Positions 57,501 through 64,000 of a stretch of DNA of 64,000 bases are shown here, one piece after another; within the stretch, counting starts at the first letter, position 1; each line of letters begins with the position of its first letter. This stretch comes from Lytechinus pictus. Taxonomy: Eukaryota. Location: contig NC_087249.1 in assembly GCF_037042905.1 (NCBI RefSeq), forward strand, positions 3,968,001 through 4,032,000, given 5' to 3'. The translations under genes were made by a program, and so were the position numbers. The notes beneath the pieces were generated by a model that saw only the letters and a list, made by a program, of their open reading frames with translations, had not been told where the DNA came from and did not search any database.

Positions 57501-58150
57501 GCAGGTAACATCTCACATGAAAATATGTTTGTAATTTATAGACCTACAAGTATGTACAGTAATAGCATTTCTGGTTTTCAACTCATTGCTTTCCAACATG
57601 TGACATTGTACGTCATTTCTCTTAAATCTTGGATTTAAATAATACAGCATCAATAGAGAATATGTGTTCCAATACAGTCAGCCACTGATTCAGGATTTTA
57701 TGAATTGGGAGAAAAGAGAAAAGAGAAAAAACAAGAAGAGAAGGATGTATTTCATGGGGGACTTCTCATGAAAGGAAATTCTAACTGTACAATGTAGGCC
57801 TACTGCCAAGGCAGCGGATAAGAACCTGTTCCAGTCTTTACAGGTATCTGTCTGCATTAAACCTTGAATTATATTTAAAAAAAAAACAAATTTCACAGCT
57901 AATCTTTTCCATACAAGGATTTAATGGTTCACTCAGGTATATTTTAGCATTCTAGGCCGTAAGATGTACTTGATTTTAATATTCATAATACTTGTCTCCA
58001 TTTAATATTAGAGCATCTTCTTACCTTTCCATTTTCTGATGAGCAGTCAATACAACCTACTTGGATGTTGCCATGTTTCTCACCCGGGATGATCTGAGTC
58101 CGCTGGAAATCACAAGCCAAGATTACTATATCACATCCCGAGGCATAAGC
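360..58150 (-). CDS. DMXL2: DmX-like protein / Rabconnectin-3 alpha (DMXL1/DMXL2 orthologue), multi-exon, partial at both ends
   Basis: 25 exons with GT-AG boundaries and matching phases. The peptides match recognisable DmX motifs: AYASGCDIVIL...HGNIQV, IAASY..V.IFEP, LKFSADGQFFASAGK, AHPRAVTGFSWRKTSKYMP, LPQYHPKQL, ETLDECGLRFLLAM, AWAFHSEAEEELL, WRKAALKNAFALLGRQRFEHAAAFFLLAG (Rav1p_C region), LRTLATGFEVDGGQLRYQLY. A DMXL1 vs DMXL2 assignment cannot be made; it is probably a single invertebrate orthologue. Confidence 0.96.
900..960. repeat. Perfect ~25-bp inverted repeat (hairpin)
   Basis: GACTTTCAGGAAACAATCCCTTTTT ... AAAAAGGGATTGTTTCCTGAAAGTC. Confidence 0.8.
1207..1486 (-). CDS. DMXL2: DMXL exon (280 nt, 0-1): PYIPP...EHSDANSYSWCLMRYA...
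   Basis: ttcag| and |gtatat. Confidence 0.93.
2246..2427 (-). CDS. DMXL2: DMXL exon (182 nt, 1-0): ...RELFVPPETSLRDYFLVK
   Basis: tgtag| and |gttggc. Confidence 0.9.
3240..3473 (-). CDS. DMXL2: DMXL exon (234 nt, 1-1): GVATYQALL...WASVFGGGAK...
   Basis: attag| and |gtaggc. Confidence 0.92.
4074..4217 (-). CDS. DMXL2: DMXL exon (144 nt, 1-1): GMDAY...TSPPGKWP
   Basis: aacag| and |gtataa. Confidence 0.88.
4772..6461 (-). CDS. DMXL2: DMXL exon (1690 nt, 0-1)
   Basis: HPDPFLRSIAFW, FNFYNYLRTHPLL, EVDGGQLRYQLY; aatag| and |gtgaga. Confidence 0.96.
6714..7666. mobile_element. Non-autonomous DNA transposon with perfect 97-bp TIRs and 3-bp TSD (CTA)
   Basis: 6714-6810 is the exact reverse complement of 7570-7666; CTA flanks both sides. 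Confidence 0.9.
7796..8066 (-). CDS. DMXL2: DMXL exon (271 nt, 2-0): ...RWRKAALKNAFALLGRQRFEHAAAFFLLAG...
   Basis: tttag| and |gtaaag. Confidence 0.94.
8376..8725. repeat. Minisatellite, ~68-bp unit, ~5 copies
   Basis: CTAATCCCAAG...CAGTT.GACCAATTAACACCTCTCCTAATCCTATTCA recurs at 8512, 8580, 8648. Confidence 0.9.
9089..9186 (-). CDS. DMXL2: DMXL exon (98 nt, 0-2): VAKSQFQAEKNPLDSALFYLAMKKKNVLWGLF
   Basis: tacag| and |gtgagc. Confidence 0.95.
9354..9542 (-). CDS. DMXL2: DMXL exon (189 nt, 0-0): ...HFAWAFHSEAEEELL...GVGWWVRN...CIEK
   Basis: tctag| and |gtatga; Rav1p_C-type sequence. Confidence 0.95.
9819..10172 (+). mobile_element. tRNA-derived SINE, near full length
   Basis: Pol III A/B boxes, central ...CCCAGG...AAATGGGTACC core, (TTA)n tail. 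Confidence 0.85.
10274..10362 (-). CDS. DMXL2: DMXL exon (89 nt, 1-0): GETLDECGLRFLLAMRFHICLTKSLPRHQQ
   Basis: tgtag| and |gtgagt. Confidence 0.95.
10779..10844 (-). CDS. DMXL2: DMXL small exon (66 nt, 1-1): GTVIAREGAGYATVDDSDSSHA
   Basis: ttccag| and cag|gttagt, open and symmetric. Confidence 0.75.
11073..13271 (-). CDS. DMXL2: DMXL exon (2199 nt, 1-1)
   Basis: 771-aa ORF with SATPAAGHLSSSSIYPAC, ECESTGGSEW, LPQYHPKQL; ctccag| and |gtgaga. Confidence 0.97.
13843..14080 (-). CDS. DMXL2: DMXL exon (238 nt, 0-1): NWQNVQLMHVYQQQFI...
   Basis: cacag| and |gtgagt. Confidence 0.93.
14454..14700 (-). mobile_element. Short, nearly array-less copy of the Helentron-like (HINE-type) element
   Basis: Both termini are homologous to 59931-61048 and 61913-63240, with less than one internal unit. 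Confidence 0.75.
14748..14921 (-). CDS. DMXL2: DMXL exon (174 nt, 0-0): ...QSTSRPGCIIELD...
   Basis: tccag| and |gtagga. Confidence 0.93.
15312..16624 (-). CDS. DMXL2: DMXL exon (1313 nt, 1-0)
   Basis: Long ORF with IHPIDGSFLLW, CGHRFSLNHLACHPILPLLLTTSHHN; ttacag| and |gttagt. Confidence 0.96.
16894..16938 (-). CDS. DMXL2: DMXL small exon (45 nt, 1-1): DDIPTVKIHVENSSP
   Basis: ttacag| and cag|gtatgt, open and symmetric. Confidence 0.7.
17072..17325 (+). mobile_element. Degenerate tRNA-derived SINE
   Basis: TGGCCCAGTG...GGTTCGAATTC head, CCAGGTG...AAATGGGTAC core as in the 9819 element. Confidence 0.65.
18568..18768. mobile_element. Fold-back MITE (GTGTTTCATAAAGCTGTT TIR family)
   Basis: ~60-bp imperfect arms; TA flanks; related element at 26178-26406. 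Confidence 0.8.
19008..19238 (-). CDS. DMXL2: DMXL exon (231 nt, 1-1): DIPLLPAIG...FVVNWLNNKELQFT...
   Basis: tgcag| and |gtgggt; WLNNKE motif. Confidence 0.9.
22522..22676 (-). CDS. DMXL2: DMXL exon (155 nt, 2-1): KKKKQVEH...LHFHIAATINPNT
   Basis: ttgttaag| and |gtaaga; HFHIAA.INP motif. Confidence 0.88.
24189..24681. mobile_element. Degenerate MITE
   Basis: Imperfect TIRs GGGTGT...TTTAAAC.GCAA.ATGAATCATGATT and their reverse complement. Confidence 0.55.
26178..26406. mobile_element. MITE, TGTTTCATAAAGCT TIR family
   Basis: GGGCTGTTTCATAAAGCT ... AGCTTTATGAAACATCCC. Confidence 0.65.
26536..26577 (-). CDS. DMXL2: Candidate DMXL cassette micro-exon (42 nt, 2-2): RDEIDGHDSESTSFQ
   Basis: aacag| acceptor, |gtaagt donor, open and frame-preserving; no homology support. 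Confidence 0.45.
27628..27816 (-). CDS. DMXL2: DMXL exon (189 nt, 2-2): GAVANVLVTSCRDNICRLWCETLLP...
   Basis: ttcag| and |gtatgt. Confidence 0.93.
27897..29654. mobile_element. Non-autonomous DNA transposon, 14-bp TIR CATACCTGCCAACC, 6-bp TSD TCAAGG
   Basis: Perfect TIRs; TCAAGG at 27891-27896 and 29655-29660; subterminal AAAATCGGAAT repeats at the right end. Confidence 0.85.
29994..30172 (-). CDS. DMXL2: DMXL exon (179 nt, 0-2): ADRLVKIWY...AHPRAVTGFSWRKTSKYMP
   Basis: cccag| and |gtatgt. Confidence 0.95.
30637..30703 (-). CDS. DMXL2: DMXL exon (67 nt, 2-0): KTATAIYHLKFSADGQFFASAGK
   Basis: cctcag| and |gtgaga; WD40 motif. Confidence 0.93.
31796..32253. mobile_element. MITE with poly-G/poly-C TIRs and 9-bp TSD AGTAATCCC
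   Basis: CCG(n)CATTCAAATATATT.CTGTACACACGCGTGACCAA and its inverse; TSD at 31787-31795 and 32254-32262. Confidence 0.88.
32282..32672. mobile_element. MITE, TIR TACCCCTTTCATAAACCCAATAAAACA, TA flanks
   Basis: 27-bp perfect TIR; internal TTATCCGCAT repeats. Confidence 0.85.
33255..33468. mobile_element. Fold-back MITE with CACTG termini and 2-bp TSD (CA); EnSpm/CACTA-like
   Basis: ~90-bp imperfect arms CACTGCAAAAACTC...GAGTTTTTGCAGTG. Confidence 0.85.
34463..34578. mobile_element. Tiny hAT-like MITE remnant
   Basis: CAGTGTCGGATCTA ... TAGATCCGCCACTG. Confidence 0.5.
35319..36184. mobile_element. MITE, TIR GTAGGGGAAGGCGG
   Basis: Terminal inverted match, plus internal GGCTCAACTTGCCCC repeats. 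Confidence 0.75.
36678..36828 (-). CDS. DMXL2: DMXL exon (151 nt, 1-2): GTKLLTGSNAIQLWA...WQCSWQC
   Basis: ttacag| and |gtaaga; phases fit both neighbours. Confidence 0.92.
39712..39793 (-). CDS. DMXL2: DMXL exon (82 nt, 0-1): HKLEYQWEETGSFKIDSLVSNLSWNQD
   Basis: tgcag| and |gtaaga; QW..TG.F motif. Confidence 0.9.
39900..41303. mobile_element. hAT-like non-autonomous element (GCGTAGCCAGG termini), possibly composite
   Basis: CAACCGCGTAGCCAGG ... CCTGGCTACGCACCTG; internal CGCGAAGCG motifs; no clear TSD. Confidence 0.55.
41535..42130. mobile_element. MITE with AGG termini and TTAA TSD (Kolobok-like)
   Basis: TTAA|AGGTCAAGTTCACCCC ... GGGGTAGACTTGTCCT|TTAA; long imperfect arms. Confidence 0.8.
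42360..42836. mobile_element. PIF/Harbinger-like MITE, TIR AGGTGGTTTCA, 3-bp TSD ATA
   Basis: TIRs and TSD visible; a second, internally deleted copy lies at 61464-61761. Confidence 0.82.
44764..44813 (+). promoter_or_regulatory. Putative core promoter of the nested gene (inverted CCAAT 44764-44768, TATAAAG 44807-44813)
   Basis: TATA-like box 68 bp upstream of the ATG; (GA)n tract at about 44450-44495 further upstream. Confidence 0.4.
44875..44920 (+). CDS. Nested gene exon 1: signal peptide MNMQLLTVCLFMPIL
   Basis: caacATG start, hydrophobic codons, G|gtgagt consensus donor; phase 1 matches the acceptor at 49585. Confidence 0.8.
46718..47099. mobile_element. Degenerate MITE in intron 1 of the nested gene
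   Basis: AGGGCCGTCTGCAC ... GTGCAGCACCGCCT; internal AATCTTGAGATT repeats. Confidence 0.5.
49585..50171 (+). CDS. Nested gene exon 2: uncharacterised Gly-rich single-pass type I membrane protein (210 aa spliced)
   Basis: ttttcttgtcccaacag| acceptor; GC-rich open frame ACSAQFDWLMNY...KKRR...Gly/Asp/Ser/Asn-rich...IAGIVIGVIILLCVLAGVSFFVM (TM, 50058-50126)...RQVHRKVQVNATRA-TAA. Confidence 0.85.
52293..52364 (-). CDS. DMXL2: DMXL exon (72 nt, 0-0): IAASYANQVYIFEPSPVAQKKNSN
   Basis: ttgcag| and |gtaagt; not in the ORF track, found by reading the minus strand. Confidence 0.92.
52478..52977. mobile_element. Two oppositely oriented MITEs (TIR GGTTCCATGACATTTGCTC-like) with telomere-like internal repeats
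   Basis: 52478-52660 carries CCCTAA-like runs; 52771-52977 carries TTAGGG-like runs; third copy at about 36420-36610. Confidence 0.65.
54364..54586 (+). mobile_element. tRNA-derived SINE
   Basis: TAGCTCAGTCGGTAGAGC A box, GGTTCAATTCC B box, non-tRNA body, A-rich tail. Confidence 0.7.
54890..55110. repeat. Polypyrimidine low-complexity tract
   Basis: CT/CTT-rich run; the source of spurious F/L/S- and K/R/E-rich ORFs. Confidence 0.8.
56220..57431. mobile_element. TTAA-flanked MITE (AGGGGAAT termini) interrupted by a nested element
   Basis: TTAA|AGGGGAATCCAACC ... GGCTGTATTCCCCT|TTAA. Confidence 0.8.
56374..56992. mobile_element. GC-rich nested insertion with internal perfect palindromes
   Basis: CTCATGGAG direct repeat at 56365-56373 and 56993-57001; imperfect TIR GCTGTTCACACCG. 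Confidence 0.75.
58025..58150 (-). CDS. DMXL2: DMXL exon (126 nt, phase 0-0): AYASGCDIVILACDFQRTQIIPGEKHGNIQVGCIDCSSENGK
   Basis: tacag| acceptor, |gtaaga donor; conserved N-terminal WD40 sequence. Confidence 0.95.
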
Positions 58151-59802
58151 CTGTATTAAAAGAAAGAGTTCATATACATGTAAAATCAAAGCAATAATTC
58201 ACACACAAAAATTACTGATAAGATAAGACATATAAGAGCGATATGTGACAATCCCTTTCAAAAAAAAATTAGAGAGTATTAAAAGCAAGGTACATTTGAG
58301 TATTGATCACTATTAAATACATGTAGTTTATTCAGGTTACCTGATTCATAAATTTTGTTCTCATAAAAATAGAGAATCACAATAAAAACCACTGAAATTG
58401 CAAATTTAATTGGCTGATATTTGGTGTCTTTATGAAACACTACGGGTCCAAAACTGGTCAAAGGTCGCAGGAAATGCATTTTCATTATTAAAGACAATCC
58501 AAAACTGATTTGTTTTGAAAAATGACATGATTGTTCTTATCATCAACTGTGTACATGTACTGAACAAGCATGAATGCATTTCAGGCAATTTGATTTTTGT
58601 ATCAGGGCAATTCCAAGCAAAAGTGGACATTTTCCAAAATTTTATATTGGCTCTATTTCAAATCTGGATAAAATTTTTCTATTAAAACTCATATGGGATT
58701 TCATAAATTATACAAAAGGGGAAAAGAATTAGCCACAATTTGTTTTTCTTATGCATCACCTTATAGGGGAATCCAAACCATACAAAAAATAATATACATG
58801 GGACTACATATATTGTTTTTTACTTAATTTCAATTTAACAGAAAACTATTGCTTGTTTTGTAAAATTTTCTTTTGGATAATCTAAAGGTCATCATTTTAC
58901 ATCATATCAAAAGAAAATTTTGAAATATAAGTTCATTTTATGTTGTCTGTGTGTGAATATTTCAGATGTCACTCCGTAACCGGGTATGGGTTTATGTTTT
59001 AAGTTGTATTTAATGAAAAAAATTTAAGGTTCACAGAGTTTGAGCAATGTTTTCTCCTCAAATAATGCATGTCCATATTTACGTCACTCCGTAACCATGA
59101 TTATGAATATTCATATCTCATTAATTCAGTGGATCAAAATAACAAATGTGTTTCAGCAACTACTTTCAGGTACCATTTCTTTGCAGATAACTATTTAAAT
59201 ATGGGTTATATCTTTGTTTGAATGCTAAAAACTTGTTTCTGAATGTCACTCCGTAACCGTGGAACTGCCCATCACTACAAGGTACAACTTCACCAAAAAA
59301 TGGGGTGGGGTATCATTGGGAAGGTGTTATTCATGGAAACACACACATCTATGGGGAGACTTGCACCTTGGAAAAGCTCTCTCCCAGGAAGCTCTGTCAC
59401 TGAAAAATGGGAATCATACACATCTATCTGGGGATTTGTCTCACTAGAGACTTAGAGACTCGACTCTGCAACTCCCATTGCCAACTCATGTCAGTCTTCT
59501 CTCATCTCTCCCAATACTCAAACCTCTCACCTTTTATAGTTTAAATTCGTTTTTATAAGGACTACATGTACAGTCACTACACCCATTTCAGAAAATAACA
59601 ATCTAACTTTCAATCAAGTTCCACTTCTTGCATCTCCATTTCCTTCTCTCTATCCACTTTTCTTAGTCTTTCTAAATTGTACATGTACATGTAGGTCTCA
59701 CCACATGGTATACCATAAACCATTGCTGCAAAGTTTAATTTGATTTATATAAACCAAAATTCTCCCGTGAAGAAAAGCTCTCCCTCAGGGAATATGTTGC
59801 TG

Positions 59803-59920
59803 GCAGCCATGTGTTGGCTCAGTTGGTAGAGCGTCCGCCTCACAACTAGGAGGTCGGGAGTTCAAGCCTTGGCCACATCAGATCAAAAGACGATGCAAGT
59901 TGCTGCTCCCCTGTTTGGAT
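59803..59920 (+). mobile_element. tRNA-derived SINE fragment
   Basis: TGGCTCAGTTGGTAGAGC and GAGTTCAAGCC boxes; interrupted near a Helentron-like element. Confidence 0.6.
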
Positions 59921-59930
59921 CTAACTATCT

Positions 59931-61048
59931 AACAAGTGGAATGCCTCTGGCGGTCTCACCTGCATCATGCGATTCAATATAGCAGCAGTGCTGACTTTGA
60001 AAACTACTATAACTCGCAGTGATACTTGGTTACTCTTATGTCCACGTTTTATGAACTAGACCAATAAACTTAGAGATATGATGGTAATTCAGCAAATACC
60101 CCCAACATGGCCAAAGTTCATTGACCTTACATGACCTTTGACCTTGAACACGTGACCTAAAACTCGCACAGGATGTTCAGTGATACTTGATTACTCTTAT
60201 GTCCAAGTTTCATGAGTCAGATCCATAAACTTTCAAAGTTATGATGGTAATTCAACAGATACCCCCCATTATGGCCAAAGTTCATTGACCTTTTACCTTG
60301 GTCATGTGACCTGAAATGTGCACAGGATGTTCAGTGATACTTGATTACTCTTATGTCCAAGTTTTATGAACTACATGTAGACCAATATACTTTCAAAGTT
60401 ATGATGGTAATTCAACAAATACCCCCAATTTGGCCAAAGTTCATTGACCCTAAATGACCTTTGACCTTGGTCATGTGACCTGAAACTTGCACAGGATGTT
60501 TAGTGATACTTGATTATTATTATGTCTAAGTTTCATGAATCAGATCCATAAACTTTCAAAGTTATGATGGTAATTCAACAGATACCCCCATTCGGCCAAA
60601 GTTCATTGACCCTAAATGACCTTTGACCTTGGACATGTGACGTGAAACTCATGCAGGATGTTCAGTAATACTTGATTAACCTTATGGCCAAGTTTCATGA
60701 ACTAGGTCCATATACTTTAGTTTCTAAGTTATGATGACATTTCAAAAACTTAACCTTAGGTTAATAAGATTTTGATGTTGATTCCCCCAACATGGTCTAA
60801 GTTCATTGACCCTAAATGACCTTTGACCTTGGTCATGTGACATGAAACTCAGGCAGGATGTTTAGTAATACTTGATTAACCTTATGGCCAAGTTTCATGA
60901 ACTAGGTCCATATACTTTAGTTTCTAAGTTATGTTGTCATTTCAAAAACTTAACCTTCGGTTAAGATTTGGTGTTGACGCCGCCGCCGCCATTGCCGTCG
61001 GAAAAGCGGCGCCTATAGTATCACTCTGCTATGCAGGTGAGACAAAAA
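59931..61048 (-). mobile_element. Helentron-associated (HINE/DINE-like) element with internal ~155-200-bp tandem array (~6 units)
   Basis: 13-bp subterminal IR GTCTCACCTGCAT (59953-59965 / 61031-61043), adjacent partial IR, (GCC)n microsatellite, T-rich ends. Confidence 0.8.
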
Positions 61049-61463
61049 CCAAAGTTTTCCTTTCAGAATATACCAAGTCAGTTTACAATGTATGTACATG
61101 TACCTTCATGGATCTGTTTACACAATTCCTACTTCATACCATGAACCTATCTCTCTTCACAACAAACCAATCAATTTTCATTTATTGGTGCATTCTTCAC
61201 CTCATACTTGATGAATGGTTTGGAAAAAAGATGTCCAGTTTAAGCACAATTACATTTCATCATACTCCAACCGGATACAACTACTACATGTACATGAACT
61301 GTAGTCTCTGTTTGAAGTCCTTCAAATGAAATCAAGAAATCAATTGCATTCTGTTCATTTCCTGTTTATGGATTAAAGTAAAATATACTGACTCTGTAGG
61401 ATGATTAAAAAATGGAAGTGGAAAAACAATAGGCCTACAGTACATCATCCCCCCACACACGTT

Positions 61464-61761
61464 AGGTGGTTTCAGACTACCTCAATGTTCATCAGGATTT
61501 TTCCAAGGTTGCAGGCATTTTGACAGTGTGTAAGAAAATTACGGTAACGTTCTTACTCCAGCGCATAGTTGGGCGTGGGCGCCGTGGGTGGCTCCTGAAC
61601 GTGCGACATTGAATTCGCGCCTTGTCAAGAACTTTCCCGAAGGGTGTGTTTCTGGATGGTGTGAATGTGGGAATAATTATTGAGTATTTTTTAGCCTGAG
61701 AAAGTTCTCGTACATGTAATTCAATGGGGATTCTTGAGATCGAAGCGGGTTGAAACCACCT
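61464..61761. mobile_element. Second copy of the 42360-42836 Harbinger-like MITE
   Basis: Same TIR and internal TAGTTGGGCG.GGGCGCCGTGGGTGGCT segment. Confidence 0.8.
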
Positions 61762-61912
61762 GCATACATGTATTATAGAGGTAACTTGCTGCAAGTTTTC
61801 ACACTTTATCGTGTTAGTTATCGTGTTAGAGTACACAACACGCACATTAGAGGGGACAGGGTTACAATAAGTAGAATACAGTACAATGTAGGTTTATTCA
61901 GAGGGGATATAA

Positions 61913-63240
61913 AACAAGTGGAATGCCTCTGGCTGTCTCACCTGCATCACGCGATTCAATATAGCAGCAGTGGTGACTTTGAAAACTATAAAATAATTAT
62001 TCACAAAAAACACCATTCATATAATGATACAATACTACGTTCATTGACATTTGACCTTGATCATGTGACCTAAAACTTGTCAGTGATACTTGATTACCCC
62101 TATATCCACATTTTATACACTATATCTATAAACTTTGAAAGTTATGACAGCAATCTAATAATTACCTCTAAAATGACCAAAGTTCAATGACCTTAAATGA
62201 CCTTTGACTTTGGTCATGTGACCTGAAACTCGCATGAGATGTTCAGTGATCAATACTTGATGACTCTTATGTCCAAGTTTTATGAAGTAGACCAATATAC
62301 TTACAGAGTTATGATGGTAATTCAACAAATACCCCCAACATGGCCAAAGTCCATTGACCTTTGACCGTGGTCATGTGACCTGAAACTCGCACAAGATGTT
62401 CAGTGATACTTGGTTAATATGTAAACGTTTAATGAACTAGACCAATACACTTGTAAACAGAGATATGATGGTAATTGAACAAATACCCCCAACATGGCTA
62501 AAGTTCATTGACCTTAAATGACCTTAGACCTTGGTTATGTGACCTGAAACTCGGACGAAATGTTCAGAGATACTTGATTATTCTTATGTCCAAATTTCAT
62601 GAATCAGATCTATAAACTTTCAAAGTTATGATGGTAATTCAACACCCCATTATGGCCAAAGTTCATTGACCTTTGACCTCGGTCATGTGACCTGAAATGC
62701 GCACAGGATGTTTAGTGATACTTGATTACTCTTATATCCAAGTTTTATGAACTAGACCAATAAACTTTCAAAGTTATGATGGTAATTCAACAAATACCCT
62801 CAATTTGGCCAAAGTTCATTGACCCTAAATGACCTTTGACCTTAATCATGTGACGTGAAACTTACACAGGATGTTCAGTGATACTTGATTACTATTATGT
62901 CCAAGTTTCATGAACTAGGTCCATATATTTTCTAAGTTATGATGACATTTAAAAAACTTAACCTTAGGTTAAGATTTTGATGTTGATTCCCCCAACATGG
63001 TCTAAGTTCATTGACCCTAAATGATGTTTGACCTTAGTCATGTGACCTGAAACTCAGGCAGAATGTTCAGTAATACTTGATTAACCTTATGACTGAGTTT
63101 CATGAACTAGGTCCATATACTTATATTATGCTGTCATTTCAAAAACTTAACCTTCGGTCAAGATTTGGTGTTGATGCCGCCGCCGCCGTCGGAAAAGCGG
63201 CGCCTATAGTCTCACTCTGCTACGCAGGTGAGAAAAAAAA
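61913..63240 (-). mobile_element. Second Helentron-like array element (~7 units)
   Basis: Same termini and repeat unit as 59931-61048. Confidence 0.8.
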
Positions 63241-63616
63241 TTGTGTAATTTTTGTGATGTGTACAGTATGTAAAAGGTGTTTTGTACCAGTATTCAGAAT
63301 CAGATTTACAAGACTGCAAAGTGCCACCTCCCTCCCCCCCCCTCCTCCTGAAATGAAACACTAACAATATTCCTGATCATAAAAAGTAAAAATATCTGCA
63401 TTGAATTTGTCTTACAAAATCTTTCAATAGGTAGATGAAAATAAGACTAATAGGTCCGGTCAAGTGAGCACTGAAAAAGCTCTACGAGGGCCTAAAATAC
63501 ATGTACATGTTAAGTCCAGTATACATGTTGTGCAGTCTTAGATGGTATGCAAAATTTCTTGGTACCAGTAGAATTTGTTAATGCCTTCTCCTATGTGTAC
63601 ATGCATGATCTGTTTT

Positions 63617-63851
63617 GGGTCATTCTACGTCAATTCACCCAACGAGTTAAATAGCACTGTCTCAGAATTTGTTCATTTTTGGTATATAGGGAGTTTGACA
63701 TGGCCCATGCCAATATGATATTTTCAGCGCAATCGGATGCAAGGTTTTCCCGTTATGACACGCCCAAGTGTTAAGCAATCATAGCTTAGTATTACTGATG
63801 GACCAAAATCAGTAAAAATGGTATCATTGGATAGGAAATGTGTTATTTTTG

Positions 63852-63882
<31 letters not shown>

Positions 63883-63913
63883 GGGGGGGGGGTGATTTGA
63901 CATGGAATGACCC
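63617..63913. mobile_element. MITE, TIR GGGTCATTC.A.GTCAA.TCACC
   Basis: Imperfect 23-bp TIRs; internal poly-T/poly-G run. Confidence 0.65.
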
Positions 63914-64000
63914 TACTCCCAAGGCCATAGAGGTCAACAAATCTTCATCAAGGAATTTTATTCCAATTTATCTGTTTGGTCAGTGCTCAAACAAACCTTT

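Noticed and set aside
59931-63240. CRISPR-like array
   Set aside because: Whole units are homologous with no unique spacers; eukaryotic context
60931-63364. Similar short ORFs (60931, 63077, also 14649) as a gene family
   Set aside because: They are read-throughs of the same non-coding TE terminus
58151-64000. DMXL first coding exon and promoter
   Set aside because: No exon encoding the expected M.xHQVLTGA-type N-terminus was found; it probably lies beyond the window

Overview
Eukaryotic, AT-rich, intron- and repeat-rich animal genomic DNA. The repeat landscape suggests an invertebrate deuterostome such as a sea urchin, but that is inference. Most of the window is one large minus-strand gene, the DmX-like / Rabconnectin-3 alpha (DMXL1/2, Rav1-related) orthologue. 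I traced 25 GT-AG coding exons with mutually consistent phases from 58150 down to 360, plus one candidate 42-nt cassette exon. The first coding exon and the C-terminal exons were not found in the window. A ~12.5-kb DMXL intron (39794-52292) hides an antisense, two-exon nested gene (44875-44920 + 49585-50171). It encodes a 210-aa type I membrane protein with a signal peptide, an N-terminal Gln-capped 38-aa segment followed by KKRR, a Gly/Asp/Ser-rich stalk, one TM helix and a short basic tail. Introns carry many MITEs with distinct TIR/TSD signatures, tRNA-derived SINEs, and Helentron-like elements containing ~160-bp tandem arrays. They also show a strongly over-represented TACATGTA octamer, which behaves like a 6-bp insertion at TA sites and may be a transposon excision footprint.
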